Source: a virus
IMG/VR virus record: IMGVR_UViG_3300044568_003163
Span: 14,879 to 78,878 of that record
Strand: one strand, 5' to 3'
Length of the DNA: 64,000 bases
Shown piece by piece: positions 10,576-23,501 of this stretch. The notes under the pieces were generated by a model. The model worked only from the letters and a program-made list of their open reading frames with translations. It was not told the origin of the DNA and made no database searches. Every line of letters begins with the position of its first letter. Position 1 is the stretch's first letter. The translations under genes were made by a program, and so were the position numbers.

Positions 10576-11151
10576 CTACCCTATATTCTCGATGAATTTT
10601 TTAGCTTCATCCGAGGTTGCGAATAAGTCAGAAAATGCTCGTTCGATTCTAATCGAATATTCTGCAGTAGAGTTTAATTTTAAAGGTCCATCATAAGGAG
10701 TTCTGAGAACTATTTTACGAATTGCCCTTAATTTTTGAAGTAAGAGATATTCACCTATTCGATTAAATAATTCCATCATCTCATTTTTTGTTTTCACAAC
10801 TAAATTTGATTCGATGCAAAATCGATATTTAGAAGATTCCCCTAACCAATTCTCCATTTCAGTAATGGTCTTAATTTCTTTTGGTATTTGTATCGGTTTT
10901 GGTTTTCCTTTATAATTAGTAAGGAAAGATTTCCCTATAAAATTAGATTTAAGGAAATGAATATTATCATAGAATTTGATAATTCGTATAGAATATACTG
11001 GGATGTTTTCTTCGAAGTAAACTTCTTCAATAATTCCTTTTATAGGAATCATTACTTCTGGGTCGTAAGTTGAAGTTAATAATGCATGGCAAATACTTCT
11101 TTTATCAAGGATTTGGGTTTTTATCATATTCGATTTGTGTTGCGGAATCAA
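10576..11151 (-). CDS. hypothetical protein
   Basis: 191-aa ORF. Confidence 0.5.
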   Translation of the reverse strand: MIPQHKSNMIKTQILDKRSICHALLTSTYDPEVMIPIKGIIEEVYFEENIPVYSIRIIKFYDNIHFLKSNFIGKSFLTNYKGKPKPIQIPKEIKTITEMENWLGESSKYRFCIESNLVVKTKNEMMELFNRIGEYLLLQKLRAIRKIVLRTPYDGPLKLNSTAEYSIRIERAFSDLFATSDEAKKFIENIG

Positions 11152-11509
11152 ATTCCGATAAGAGCAATTCGTCTTCTATATTTGTATCTATCAACAGATG
11201 ATAGTATACTGGAACGTAACACCCTACAAAAAATCCTTTTAATCGATCGATGAATTCTGCGTCTATACTTTCACTAAGCATATAAACAAAATCTGTTTTT
11301 CTACACAATCTAAATTTGTTTAGTTTTTTAACTATTTGAAAATTCACTATATCATCAGACGGCGGTATTTTAGAAGAATCATTGTTGGTCAGTTTTTGGT
11401 GTATTTCATAAAAATTAATTACATCGGAATTTTTCTTCCTTACAAAACTGCGCTCAAATGAATCTCTACCACATTTAACAATAAAAACATTTTTAGACAT
11501 TATTGGCAT
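11105..11509 (-). CDS. hypothetical protein
   Basis: 134-aa ORF; 46-nt overlap with downstream gene suggests the true start may be internal. Confidence 0.45.
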   Translation of the reverse strand: MPIMSKNVFIVKCGRDSFERSFVRKKNSDVINFYEIHQKLTNNDSSKIPPSDDIVNFQIVKKLNKFRLCRKTDFVYMLSESIDAEFIDRLKGFFVGCYVPVYYHLLIDTNIEDELLLSEFDSATQIEYDKNPNP

Positions 11510-11843
11510 TTTCTATTAAGACCTTTTTTAGAACTTTTAGATTTTTAATCTCTGAATTTAGCTCTTTGATTCTATCATCTATTTCTTCTACTTTAGGTTG
11601 ATATTTTTCTCCCCAATCAACATAAAAATCAATTTGCTCAGCATCAAAATCCGAACCCAATTCCAACCCTAAATCGTTTGAAATATCTTGAAGCAAATCA
11701 ATGATATCATCGAATGAATTAGGATTAGTTTCGTTGTCGGTCTTATAAACTTTAAGCTCTTCAGTTTTTTCTTGATTAGATCGAGTATCTGTTACGGTTC
11801 GGATTACTCCGTTTGACGAATTAATTAACTCAATTTTTATCAT
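11493..11843 (-). CDS. hypothetical protein
   Basis: 116-aa ORF, acidic, coiled-coil-like C-terminus. Confidence 0.5.
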   Translation of the reverse strand: MIKIELINSSNGVIRTVTDTRSNQEKTEELKVYKTDNETNPNSFDDIIDLLQDISNDLGLELGSDFDAEQIDFYVDWGEKYQPKVEEIDDRIKELNSEIKNLKVLKKVLIENANNV

Positions 11844-11854
11844 GGAATTTACAT

Positions 11855-12184
11855 TTAAGCTTTTTGAGCCTTTTTAATTTCGGCTAATTTGAGTGGTTTT
11901 TCAGATGAGCCCCAAACTTTTATAGTTTTAACCCAATCTTCTATATACTCATCAATTTCTTCTGAAGTCTTACCGTCAGCTTTCATTGCTTGTATAATTT
12001 TAGTTTGTTTATCTTCATAATAAGCTTCTTCAGATTCAGCAACCGCTGATGCCATAGCATTATTAAGTTTTGCTCCTCTTTCAATAACACCAGACTTATA
12101 TTCAGCGTATTTGGCAGGATCAGTTTTCTTTAACATTTTCTCATATGCTCTTCTTTGAGCACGTGATTGTGACATACCTTTCAT
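11855..12184 (-). CDS. hypothetical Lys/Glu-rich protein
   Basis: 109-aa ORF. Confidence 0.5.
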   Translation of the reverse strand: MKGMSQSRAQRRAYEKMLKKTDPAKYAEYKSGVIERGAKLNNAMASAVAESEEAYYEDKQTKIIQAMKADGKTSEEIDEYIEDWVKTIKVWGSSEKPLKLAEIKKAQKA

Positions 12185-12387
12185 TTTTTGTCGGGTTTAG
12201 CGTTAGTTTTCTTTGTTGTTATTTTATATATCAGTGGTGGAAGTTCCTCTCCGTCAGTCTCACATAATTTGTAATACTTAATCATCGAAGTTAAACTGTT
12301 TCGGAATTCTTCCAATTCTAAAAGTGAATCGAATTCTATTTGAAAATTTTTGTCGGCATAGGGATTATCGACTAGTCGGCTTTTCAT
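12181..12387 (-). CDS. hypothetical small protein
   Basis: 68-aa ORF with 4-bp overlap to next gene. Confidence 0.45.
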   Translation of the reverse strand: MKSRLVDNPYADKNFQIEFDSLLELEEFRNSLTSMIKYYKLCETDGEELPPLIYKITTKKTNAKPDKK

Positions 12388-12949
12388 TTTTTATGTCATC
12401 TTTTTCGACCTCTTCTTCAAAATACGAAGAGATTTTTTCCTTAATTGAAGTTTTGACTGCTTCAGTTATGGATTCTATGTTTATTTTTTCGGTAGAAGAC
12501 TTTATGATTTCATCGATGACTTCTTCTCTATCAAACATCAGATCTAATAATTCAAGTACTTTCTTTGTTGGTATTTCAAAATCGAAATCTACTAAAAGGG
12601 TGACTGTTTCTTTTTTCTTTTGTTTGTCGAGTATGATTTTTATAGGGTTCTGTTCTACTACCTGTGCAATATGTTGTGCTGGCTGAGGTTCGTTTCCTAA
12701 AAGTTTTTCCATTTCTATGAAATGGTCTACGGTTTTTGGAGATTCGATCTCGGGTTGTTGACTGTTTTTATAATTGAAAGTTTCTTCGTCAATTTCCTTC
12801 AATAGATTTTGAATGTCCGAAGTAGGCACGACTCTTCCACTTTCAAAATATGTATTATTACTTTCGTCTTCTGCTAAATAAGTTTCAACTCTTCCTAAAC
12901 GTGAAGTTGAAATCCATTCATATCTTTTTTTAACTTCTCCTGGTTCCAT
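12365..12949 (-). CDS. hypothetical acidic protein (possible tail fibre assembly/chaperone by position)
   Basis: 194-aa ORF directly downstream of tail-fibre gene. Confidence 0.45.
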   Translation of the reverse strand: MEPGEVKKRYEWISTSRLGRVETYLAEDESNNTYFESGRVVPTSDIQNLLKEIDEETFNYKNSQQPEIESPKTVDHFIEMEKLLGNEPQPAQHIAQVVEQNPIKIILDKQKKKETVTLLVDFDFEIPTKKVLELLDLMFDREEVIDEIIKSSTEKINIESITEAVKTSIKEKISSYFEEEVEKDDIKNEKPTSR

Positions 12950-13016
12950 AAAATTAGTTCTATTTAATTTTTATTTTATGAACTAAATATAAAACTGTTT
13001 CTATCATAAATTCTGA

Positions 13017-15976
<2,960 letters not shown>

Positions 15977-15977
<1 letters not shown>

Positions 15978-16522
15978 TATATAATGCTATTAATTTGTAG
16001 ATCTACTCTAGGGTTATATTTAGTAATGTTGCTCTCAACATATTTTTCATCAACATAGCATGGATCCATATAAGAATTAAGTCTAACTGTTATAGTACTA
16101 TTAATATTTCTTGAGTAATTATTGAATAAAGTATTTAATAGGTTTTCATATCTAATCACTTCGCTATCTCGAAATTCCTTTCGAAAAGAATCGTATTGTA
16201 TACTTTTTACGAAATATCGATTTTCACTAATGTTGTAGAACTTGTAATTATTGATAAAACCGATATTTTGATTTTCTAATTCGAGGTTTTCGATAATAGG
16301 GAAATCTCCAGCCGAACATAGATATTTAGGCGAATTTAAAATACTAGCAAAAAAAGATGTAAAACTTTCTATTGTATTGAAATTTCTATATCGATGACCT
16401 TTCTTACCAACATCCCTAATTAAAAAACGAACTTTAATACTTTTGATTTTAATTCCTCGTTTTTGTAGATCTACGACAAAGTCGTTATTTCTTTTGATTA
16501 ATAATCCGTCCACGTAGTACAC
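15977..16522 (-). CDS. hypothetical protein
   Basis: 181-aa ORF, stop overlaps start of tail-fibre gene. Confidence 0.5.
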
Positions 16523-16592
16523 TTTATTTTATATATCCTACAAAAAAAGCTTCCAAGCGGAAGCTAATGAATATCTAAAACGATAGATTATT

Positions 16593-17021
16593 TTATTGAA
16601 TTCTTTTAGTTTTGTCTATTAATTCAGGAAAAAAGAAGGACACTTCAGTAAGTGCATTTTCATCTGAATCAGAACCATGTATTGCATTCGAGGCTATAGA
16701 CGAGCCATACATACTACGGATAGTTCCTGGATTAGCTAATTTAGGGTCAGTATCACCTATCAAAGTTCTAAAATCTTCGATTGCATTTGTTTTTTGTAGT
16801 GCAATTGCAACAATCGGTCCAGAAGTCATGAATTTTATTAGGTCATCGTAGAAATCCTTAGATTTATGAACTGAATAAAATTCCGCAGCTTTATCAGGAG
16901 TCAGCATAGTAACTTTCATTCCTACGGTTTTGAAACCTTCAAAGCTAATTCGTTGTATTAATTGATCTGCCGATGCAAATACATCCGGCTTAATCATGGT
17001 CAATGTGTATGTTCCTATCAT
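16593..17021 (-). CDS. ndk: nucleoside diphosphate kinase
   Basis: 142 aa; MIKPDVF, PGTIRSMYG, NAIHGSDS motifs typical of NDK. Confidence 0.85.
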   Translation of the reverse strand: MIGTYTLTMIKPDVFASADQLIQRISFEGFKTVGMKVTMLTPDKAAEFYSVHKSKDFYDDLIKFMTSGPIVAIALQKTNAIEDFRTLIGDTDPKLANPGTIRSMYGSSIASNAIHGSDSDENALTEVSFFFPELIDKTKRIQ

Positions 17022-17024
17022 GAA

Positions 17025-17516
17025 TTATTTATCTTCGGAAAGATAAATCTTGCTGTACCAATCGAGTTTTAATTTTTCAATGTTACCATATTTGATTCCA
17101 CATTCGTCAAAGATGTGAAGATGTCCTTGTTCTCGGTAATCTTCTATCCAATAAACATATTTGAATCCCGAATTAACTAAGATTTTTGTACACATCTTAC
17201 ATGGAGAAAGAGTTAAGAGGATGATGTAATTCTTTGGATCGAATTCTCGGAACTTAGCAATCATATTAACTTCGGCATGAATGAATCCGCTTTCACCTGG
17301 AATTAGGGAATCCTCTTCAGTTCCTGTTACTTCATTTATTGGTGCACCTTTGTAGGAGCCATTATAGCCAAAAGAAGCTATTTTTGTAAAGTTTTTGTGC
17401 AATGCCATACATGCAACTTTTTTAGTTGATGCATTAGATAATGTAGCTATTTGCTGAATCATACCAGCAAAGGTATCAATTTTAAAGTCTATTCTTTCTT
17501 GTGTCATTATTTCCAA
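17025..17516 (-). CDS. dCMP deaminase (cytidine/deoxycytidylate deaminase family)
   Basis: 163 aa; zinc-binding HAEVNMI ... SPCKMCTKIL signature. Confidence 0.8.
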   Translation of the reverse strand: MEIMTQERIDFKIDTFAGMIQQIATLSNASTKKVACMALHKNFTKIASFGYNGSYKGAPINEVTGTEEDSLIPGESGFIHAEVNMIAKFREFDPKNYIILLTLSPCKMCTKILVNSGFKYVYWIEDYREQGHLHIFDECGIKYGNIEKLKLDWYSKIYLSEDK

Positions 17517-18100
17517 TCTGAATTTACGAGTCGAGTCTTAATACTAATTCCTTTTATTTCTTTGCCTAAAGCATCGGCAATCTTAATGTTTTCTCTATCA
17601 TCGTCATAGAAAATAAAATCTCTAAAACCTATTTTAATAAGTTCCATAAAAGCTTGTTTCTTTCTATCGGCAATTGAACCATCAAATCCATTGTTAGGAT
17701 CAGAAACTGCAAAGATATATTTCGGATTGACGTCTACTCCATGATGAGATAGGAATTGATAAATTAAATCTTTGTCGTCTCTAGCAGTAATGATACCTAC
17801 ACGCCTTCCTCTTTGCATTGTTTTCTTAAGTACATTGAAAACTCGTTCTATTAACTTACCGGCTTTTAAGATTTCTAAATTTTTAAAATCGGAAAAATCC
17901 ATTTCATGATGAGCGTGCTTTTCAAATTCATTGAATTCTGCAGGTGACAAGGTAAAAGTTTCACCGGTTTGACTATCATTAACTTTGATTTGTGAATTGG
18001 TAATTACCAATGTATCATCAACGTCAAATATAGTAATCGCTTCGAATTTTTCTTTACGAGTCGGATCTACAAAATCCTGATATTTTAAAAATTTATTCAT
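17507..18100 (-). CDS. HAD-superfamily phosphatase (nucleotidase-like)
   Basis: 197 aa; motif I FDVDDTL (DxDxT), downstream S/T and K/D motifs. Confidence 0.55.
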   Translation of the reverse strand: MNKFLKYQDFVDPTRKEKFEAITIFDVDDTLVITNSQIKVNDSQTGETFTLSPAEFNEFEKHAHHEMDFSDFKNLEILKAGKLIERVFNVLKKTMQRGRRVGIITARDDKDLIYQFLSHHGVDVNPKYIFAVSDPNNGFDGSIADRKKQAFMELIKIGFRDFIFYDDDRENIKIADALGKEIKGISIKTRLVNSDWK

Positions 18101-18112
18101 AAGTGTTCATTT

Positions 18113-18182
18113 AGTTATAAGACAAATATAACAAAAAAGCTCAACATAATGAAATATTGAGCTTAAAAGTTATTAACAATTT
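18113..18182 (-). promoter_or_regulatory. intergenic cassette: TTGTTAATAAC box + hairpin/T-run (terminator) + GTTATATTTGTCTTAT (-7 TAnnTTTG)
   Basis: minus strand reads TTGTTAATAACTTTTAAGCTCAATATTTCATTATGTTGAGCTTTTTTGTTATATTTGTCTTAT, ends ~15 nt before ATG of 17507-18100. Confidence 0.55.
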
Positions 18183-18187
18183 ATTAT

Positions 18188-18721
18188 TTAGTAATCGTTT
18201 TCGAAATCAGCTTCGGTCATGTTGTCATTAACCCATTTTTCTAATTTCTTAGCATCTTTAGTAAGACAAGCAACATGTTGGAAAGATGAATATTCATCAC
18301 CTTCTTCCCATACTGCAACATCCACGTTTATATCTTTAATGTTGTAGATATAACCTGATAAATTAGAACCACCAAAAGGAGCTTCTCCACCAATACCTTT
18401 AAGTTCTTTAATGTTAAGATCCTTTTCTTCTACTCTGTGAGCTAATCCATAATATAAAGCTACTACGAATCGATAATCATCGTCTTCTGACATTGCATAA
18501 GTAACCGAATTGATATTTCCTTTCAATTGTTTAGCGATAGTTTCGAAGTTAGTTTTCATCTTAGCCAGCATATCATCATCTACCTCACCAGTTTCTTGTT
18601 GCATTTTAATCTGTGATGCTAAAGTAGTCTTAGTTTCAAAAGGGAATCCTGTATTATAATCGTATTTTTCGTTAATAAAATTCTCATTAACGAATTCTTG
18701 AAATGTTTGTAAATTTTTCAT
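18188..18721 (-). CDS. CTS-like N-terminal family member (putative capsid-packaged internal protein)
   Basis: 177 aa; N-terminus MKNLQTFQEFVNEN shared with 6 paralogs; resembles T4 IP capsid-targeting sequence MKTYQEFIAE (recalled). Confidence 0.5.
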   Translation of the reverse strand: MKNLQTFQEFVNENFINEKYDYNTGFPFETKTTLASQIKMQQETGEVDDDMLAKMKTNFETIAKQLKGNINSVTYAMSEDDDYRFVVALYYGLAHRVEEKDLNIKELKGIGGEAPFGGSNLSGYIYNIKDINVDVAVWEEGDEYSSFQHVACLTKDAKKLEKWVNDNMTEADFENDY

Positions 18722-18733
18722 TTGTTTATTTGT

Positions 18734-19237
18734 TTAATATCTGTCGTCTTCTTCCCATTCATCATCGCTTCCATAATCATCGTCATCATCATATTCTTCT
18801 TCTTGGTACCATGATTGGTTAGGGTCGTTGTCAGGTTGTTCTGTAAAATCGTGACGATCTGCGTTAAAACGTCTTGGATCTTCTACTAAAGCAGGAAAAA
18901 GCACTTTACCACCTTTTACTCTAGTTTTTGCATGACCAAAAGCTAAATCAATACCTACGTTTCTTAATTCTTTACCAGGTTTTTTATCAGATTCGGTATA
19001 ACCATTCATTTGGGCTAATAACTCATAATAGTCTTTACCTCCAAATACTCCGTAACCTTCGTAACTATTTTCTTCGTATCTAGTACCTTTATCATCAAAC
19101 ATGTAAACGGTAATAGTATTTTGTCTTTCTGAACCAATTTGTCTTCCAGAATCTTGGGTCATCCATGAAAATTGACCTTCATTTAAAGGTTTAGAATTTT
19201 CATTAACAAACTCGCTGAAGGTTTTTAAATTTTTCAT
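18734..19237 (-). CDS. CTS-like N-terminal family member, acidic C-terminus
   Basis: 167 aa; MKNLKTFSEFVNEN...; C-terminal EEEYDDDDDYGSDDEWEEDD. Confidence 0.5.
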   Translation of the reverse strand: MKNLKTFSEFVNENSKPLNEGQFSWMTQDSGRQIGSERQNTITVYMFDDKGTRYEENSYEGYGVFGGKDYYELLAQMNGYTESDKKPGKELRNVGIDLAFGHAKTRVKGGKVLFPALVEDPRRFNADRHDFTEQPDNDPNQSWYQEEEYDDDDDYGSDDEWEEDDRY

Positions 19238-19238
19238 A

Positions 19239-19631
19239 TTATTTACCTAATCCTGAAGTTATTTTACCAACTGCAGCACCCCAATCGTCACCTTTAACGT
19301 CTTTAGAAATACCAGCAATTACTTTGTCAGCAATTTTTTGATCGTATTTATCTCCGTGAGCTTTTTTCAAAAGCGTTTCTGCGTATTCTTTAAAGTCTTT
19401 TTCGTTTTTAATGTCAGCTTCATTTACTTTACCTTCATTAACTATCGAAATACTTTTTATGTAATCGAAAAATTCCGCAGATTGCTCTTCATTTAATTCG
19501 ATAGGTGAAGTAACACCAAATTGTTTAAGTTTGTTTTCGTATAGTTCATTGAACTTATGTGCTTGGTCTTCTTTAGTTTTTGCAACTTTTTGAAGTTTCT
19601 GCTCATTAACGAATTCTGAAAATTTTTGCAT
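19239..19631 (-). CDS. CTS-like N-terminal family member (short variant)
   Basis: 130 aa; MQKFSEFVNEQ... Confidence 0.45.
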   Translation of the reverse strand: MQKFSEFVNEQKLQKVAKTKEDQAHKFNELYENKLKQFGVTSPIELNEEQSAEFFDYIKSISIVNEGKVNEADIKNEKDFKEYAETLLKKAHGDKYDQKIADKVIAGISKDVKGDDWGAAVGKITSGLGK

Positions 19632-19650
19632 TGTTTTATGTTTGTTTATT

Positions 19651-20193
19651 TTATCCGAAATATTCGTTTTCGAAGTATAACAACTCGAAGTTGTTTTCTG
19701 GGTTTATTAATTGTAGTGCATTTAAGAATCCTGCATACTCAGCAGTAGAAGATGTATTTTGCTTAACATAGTCTTGTAAGAATACGAAAGTAGCCATATC
19801 ATTTAATCCAAAAATAGTTTTAGAATTTTCAGAATATGATTGAAGTAAACCATATTCCATGTCGTAAGCTTTTACGATGATGTCAGCCAAATTGTCGAAA
19901 TTCATATCAGTCGTAACTGTAGGAATTGTAGGTTTAACATCCCAATCGGTCATATATTTTTGTAGACCTTGAGCATGAATTAGTTCATCTGTAGCTTCAT
20001 TGTCAAAGAAAACAGCAGCTTTCTTATATTCCATGTTGTGGCACCAGTTAGCAGCACTACGATAGAAATAATGAGCAGTATATTCATCACCTATTCGTTG
20101 ATTGATAAGTTTAACAACTTCACTCCTAAGAGTATTAGGCTTTTTAACGATAGTTGGATCTACCGATTTAATTGATTCGTTTATGATATTCAT
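19651..20193 (-). CDS. ferritin-like protein
   Basis: 180 aa; EYTAHYFYRSAANWC...AAVFFDNEATDELIHAQGLQKYM matches ferritin diiron pattern E..Y.Y.S.A..(L..A.FF)..E..HA..L..Y. Confidence 0.5.
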   Translation of the reverse strand: MNIINESIKSVDPTIVKKPNTLRSEVVKLINQRIGDEYTAHYFYRSAANWCHNMEYKKAAVFFDNEATDELIHAQGLQKYMTDWDVKPTIPTVTTDMNFDNLADIIVKAYDMEYGLLQSYSENSKTIFGLNDMATFVFLQDYVKQNTSSTAEYAGFLNALQLINPENNFELLYFENEYFG

Positions 20194-20226
20194 ATAATAG
20201 TTTTAGTTCTTTTATATATCCAACAA

Positions 20227-20787
20227 TTACATGTTGGCGTCTAGAACTTTTTTGAATGATTTAGCATCAGTAACTTCTTCTCCGTGCAATTCAATAGTTT
20301 CTCTATCCAAATTGATGTAGATTTCTGAACCTTGATATTTCATATCTAAGATAATAGTGCTGTAGTTTTTTCCAATAGCTGTACCACCACTAATTCTTTT
20401 GCCTGCCTTTTCTGCCCATGTAGCAGCCTTTTTAACTAATGCAGTTGCATAGGAACCTTTACGTTTAGCAAATTCCATGATATTAGAAGGTACAGATGCA
20501 GCTTCATTAATTACAGATTCTTCTACTTTAAAAGTTTTGTTTCCTACTTTAACGGTTTTACCTATCAGATCATCAACACCATAAGGTTTTCCTAATTTGT
20601 CTTCGAAAGTTTGATCGTCTGACCAATCATCAGGAGTTTGTAAAAGTTTTGCAATCACATCGGCTTTAGAAGACGATTCAGTTCTACCCCAGTTGTCGAT
20701 AACCTCAGAGTAATAAACTATTTCGATTGCTCCTTCATTAACTGAAGATTCGTTAATGAATTCGTTGAATGTTTGTAAGTTTTTCAT
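20227..20787 (-). CDS. CTS-like N-terminal family member
   Basis: 186 aa; MKNLQTFNEFINES... Confidence 0.5.
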   Translation of the reverse strand: MKNLQTFNEFINESSVNEGAIEIVYYSEVIDNWGRTESSSKADVIAKLLQTPDDWSDDQTFEDKLGKPYGVDDLIGKTVKVGNKTFKVEESVINEAASVPSNIMEFAKRKGSYATALVKKAATWAEKAGKRISGGTAIGKNYSTIILDMKYQGSEIYINLDRETIELHGEEVTDAKSFKKVLDANM

Positions 20788-21176
20788 TATTGATCGATGA
20801 ATTCTCCATTTAGGAATCTAAGTAGAATTTTATCAGTGGGTTGTACATTTAAGTTTCCGTTGATAAAAATCTCATAAGAATCATCAGCATATTTGCCGAT
20901 GCCATAAAGCTCATTGGCTTTAGAGAATTTTTTATTTATATATTCATATGAGAACTTAATAATTCGCTGAGTTCTGACGTTATAAAATCCTAGAGTTCGG
21001 ATATGTTCTCGGATTTCATTTTCATCGGCATTAAGAACCGATTGTGGACTAGGCCATTTGTCAAAAAATGAGTAAATTACCTTTCTAACATTTTTGTTGC
21101 CTGTTTGATTTAACATAATGCAACCAATAAGCATTTTCCAGGGATCGTGTTGAAATTCTTGTTGAATAATTGCCAT
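20787..21176 (-). CDS. HhH-GPD superfamily DNA glycosylase-like protein (short)
   Basis: 129 aa; LIGCIMLNQT...ELYGIGKYADDSYEIF...NVQPTDKILLRF resembles EndoIII/HhH-GPD core. Confidence 0.45.
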   Translation of the reverse strand: MAIIQQEFQHDPWKMLIGCIMLNQTGNKNVRKVIYSFFDKWPSPQSVLNADENEIREHIRTLGFYNVRTQRIIKFSYEYINKKFSKANELYGIGKYADDSYEIFINGNLNVQPTDKILLRFLNGEFIDQ

Positions 21177-21183
21177 ATCTATT

Positions 21184-21822
21184 TTATGCTGATTTTTTTA
21201 ATTTGATTTTCTTTTCAGGTACCGGATTAGGTACATATTGAGAAACTGCTGAATTTACAAACTCCGAAGTCCACCATTCAGGTTGATTATTTAATTTGTT
21301 CCAGGAGACATTCATGTACGTCGTCTTGAACGCATAGTATTTTTTATAAGATATTACAGCATCACTAGATTGATAACAGATTGGCATCGCAGTGGCAAAA
21401 GGAGTAAGGCCTTTTGATATAATGTTTGGTGGATTTAATTTCATCCAATCAATAATTAATTTAACCGAGTGTGGATTGTTTTTCCATCGATTAAGAAATT
21501 CTTGACAAAGTTCTTCTGTGCATTCAATTAGCCAATTGAAATTTTCTTTAGATTCTCGAGTCCATATAGTGCATGGATGATTAACGTGACTGATTGCATA
21601 TGGATGATCTGTGCCATCTGGATGCTTTCTAGGCCAGCCTTTAAATATTTTACTAACTGCATCTTGATTTTCTGCAATTTCTTTCTTTTTGGAAATTCCT
21701 AACGTATGATAGTATGCAGCTGCTAACATTTGTGTGTGTTCGATTATCATTTTTGAAATGTGTTTATCGCAATGCATCTGTGCCGCAATTCTAGGATTTT
21801 CATCCAATACAAATATGTTCAT
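21184..21822 (-). CDS. hypothetical protein (start moved to internal Met MNIFVLDENPRIAAQMHCDKH)
   Basis: 6-frame ORF extends to 21912 through AT-rich cassette; the hydrophobic low-complexity N-terminus is unlikely to be coding; the internal ATG at 21822 lies just downstream of the 21838-21918 cassette. Confidence 0.45.
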   Translation of the reverse strand: MNIFVLDENPRIAAQMHCDKHISKMIIEHTQMLAAAYYHTLGISKKKEIAENQDAVSKIFKGWPRKHPDGTDHPYAISHVNHPCTIWTRESKENFNWLIECTEELCQEFLNRWKNNPHSVKLIIDWMKLNPPNIISKGLTPFATAMPICYQSSDAVISYKKYYAFKTTYMNVSWNKLNNQPEWWTSEFVNSAVSQYVPNPVPEKKIKLKKSA

Positions 21823-21837
21823 TGTAGTTAATTTATT

Positions 21838-21918
21838 TAAAGTAAAAATAATCAAATTAATTGACAAGAAAAAATAAAGTGAGTAGAAGTTATTAACAAA
21901 AAAGGAACTCAATAGAGT
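21838..21918 (-). promoter_or_regulatory. intergenic cassette (GTTAATAAC box + hairpin GGAACTCTATTGAGTTCC + T-run)
   Basis: plus strand gttattaacaaaaaaggaactcaatagagttcc. Confidence 0.45.
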
Positions 21919-21951
21919 TCCTTAATGTGTGCTTCGATTTGTGTTTGTTAT

Positions 21952-22320
21952 TTAGCTATTTAGCTGTTGGTATTCTCCGGTTGTATCATTTACTTTAGCC
22001 AATGAATCAGCATAAAATTTTTGATATAATTTATCGAATCTTCTATCTATCTCAGATTTGAGATTGTCGATATTATTTTCTGTCGCTAAAGTATATTCTT
22101 CGATTCGTCTTCCTCGTTCATCGATATTAGATATTAAGCTTTCTTCAACTTCATCAATTTTACGTTGAGTGTCGTCGTGTAAGTGGTGCAAATCTAAAAT
22201 TTGCTTTTCGTGAGTTATGTCGTTTTTTTGTGCCTTACGTATTCCTCTAACCATCCATATTTGCAGAATGACCAAAAGAGTTGCTAGTACGCTCAACACC
22301 GATATTAAAATTGGTTCCAT
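21952..22320 (-). CDS. membrane-anchored coiled-coil protein
   Basis: 122 aa; N-terminal TM helix ILISVLSVLATLLVILQIWMV then charged heptad-like region. Confidence 0.5.
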   Translation of the reverse strand: MEPILISVLSVLATLLVILQIWMVRGIRKAQKNDITHEKQILDLHHLHDDTQRKIDEVEESLISNIDERGRRIEEYTLATENNIDNLKSEIDRRFDKLYQKFYADSLAKVNDTTGEYQQLNS

Positions 22321-22355
22321 GTGTTTGTGTTTTATTTTTAAATCGAAGCACCAAT

Positions 22356-23501
22356 TTATTTTTTATTCATTTCAAAATCGATCATTTGTTTGATGGTTTC
22401 GTGTAATGATATTGTAATTCCTTTCCATTCTGGATAATCAGTTTTAAATTTAGTCAAATCTGAAATATACCAAATATGGTCACCAATTCGATTGTCTTCT
22501 AGAACTGTGAAGTCGTTCCAATCTTTATGTTCTGGATTTATTTCTCTTAAGATAGAATTTGCCGAATCGATTGCTTCTAGAATCGAAGTTGAATTTTCTC
22601 TACCACCACCTGCATTATAGACTGCACCAGGTATAGGGTTGTTATGATATTCTAAGAACATACTTACTAAGTCATCGGAATGGATATTATCTCTAACTTG
22701 TTTTCCTTTATAACCAAAGATGTTGTAATGTTTGTTGTTGACAATACACTTAATCAAATAAGCAAGAAATCCATGAAGTTCTGCACCTTGATGATTTGGT
22801 CCGGTTAAACAACCACCTCGAAATACAACCGTATTCATACCAAAATATCTGCCATATTCTTGAACCATAATATCAGCAGCTACTTTAGAAGCACCAAAGA
22901 TTGAATGTTTTGTATGGTCAATCGACATAGTTTCGTCTACTTCTATTTGACGAGCAGATAGATTCGAAAGAGCTTCATAACGAGTTTCTTGTTCAACGAT
23001 GTTTAATCGATTAGGAGTATCACCATAAACTTTATTAGTTGATGTGAATATGAATGTAGCAGTTGGACAATATAAACGAGTAAGTTCTAACAGGTTCATT
23101 GTACCTATTGCATTTACTGAGAAGTCAGTCAAAGGTTCTTTTGCTGCCCAATCATGTGAAGGTTGTGCTGCAGTATGTACGATCATTTGAATATCATAAA
23201 CTTCATGAGATTTGCCGAATATTGTAAGTTCGCTATCTTCTAAAGTAAGGCCTTTGAAAATTGTTTCTAATGTTGCATAATCTCGAATATCGATAGACAA
23301 TGGATTAAAGTTTGTTCCATAATCTAATTTCATTTTATTTTCTGATTCTTTCGTAGAAGCATCTTCACCAAAGAAATAAGCTCGCATATCATTATCGATA
23401 CCAACAACATAATAACCTTCATTAATAAGACGTTTAACAGTTTGAGAACCTATCAAACCTGAAGATCCTGTAACAATTGCAGTTTTAACTTTATTTTGCA
23501 T
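22356..23501 (-). CDS. NAD-dependent epimerase/dehydratase (SDR family, sugar-nucleotide modifying)
   Basis: 381 aa; Rossmann motif TAIVTGSSGLIGSQ; YxxxK-type catalytic region (YGASKVAAD). Confidence 0.75.
   Translation of the reverse strand: MQNKVKTAIVTGSSGLIGSQTVKRLINEGYYVVGIDNDMRAYFFGEDASTKESENKMKLDYGTNFNPLSIDIRDYATLETIFKGLTLEDSELTIFGKSHEVYDIQMIVHTAAQPSHDWAAKEPLTDFSVNAIGTMNLLELTRLYCPTATFIFTSTNKVYGDTPNRLNIVEQETRYEALSNLSARQIEVDETMSIDHTKHSIFGASKVAADIMVQEYGRYFGMNTVVFRGGCLTGPNHQGAELHGFLAYLIKCIVNNKHYNIFGYKGKQVRDNIHSDDLVSMFLEYHNNPIPGAVYNAGGGRENSTSILEAIDSANSILREINPEHKDWNDFTVLEDNRIGDHIWYISDLTKFKTDYPEWKGITISLHETIKQMIDFEMNKK

Noticed and set aside
21822-21912. N-terminal 30-aa extension of ORF 21184-21912 (MSSFFVNNFYSLYFFLSINLIIFTLNKLTT)
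   Set aside because: It overlaps the promoter cassette and hairpin and is low-complexity Phe/Leu/Asn-rich. An internal Met directly follows the cassette.
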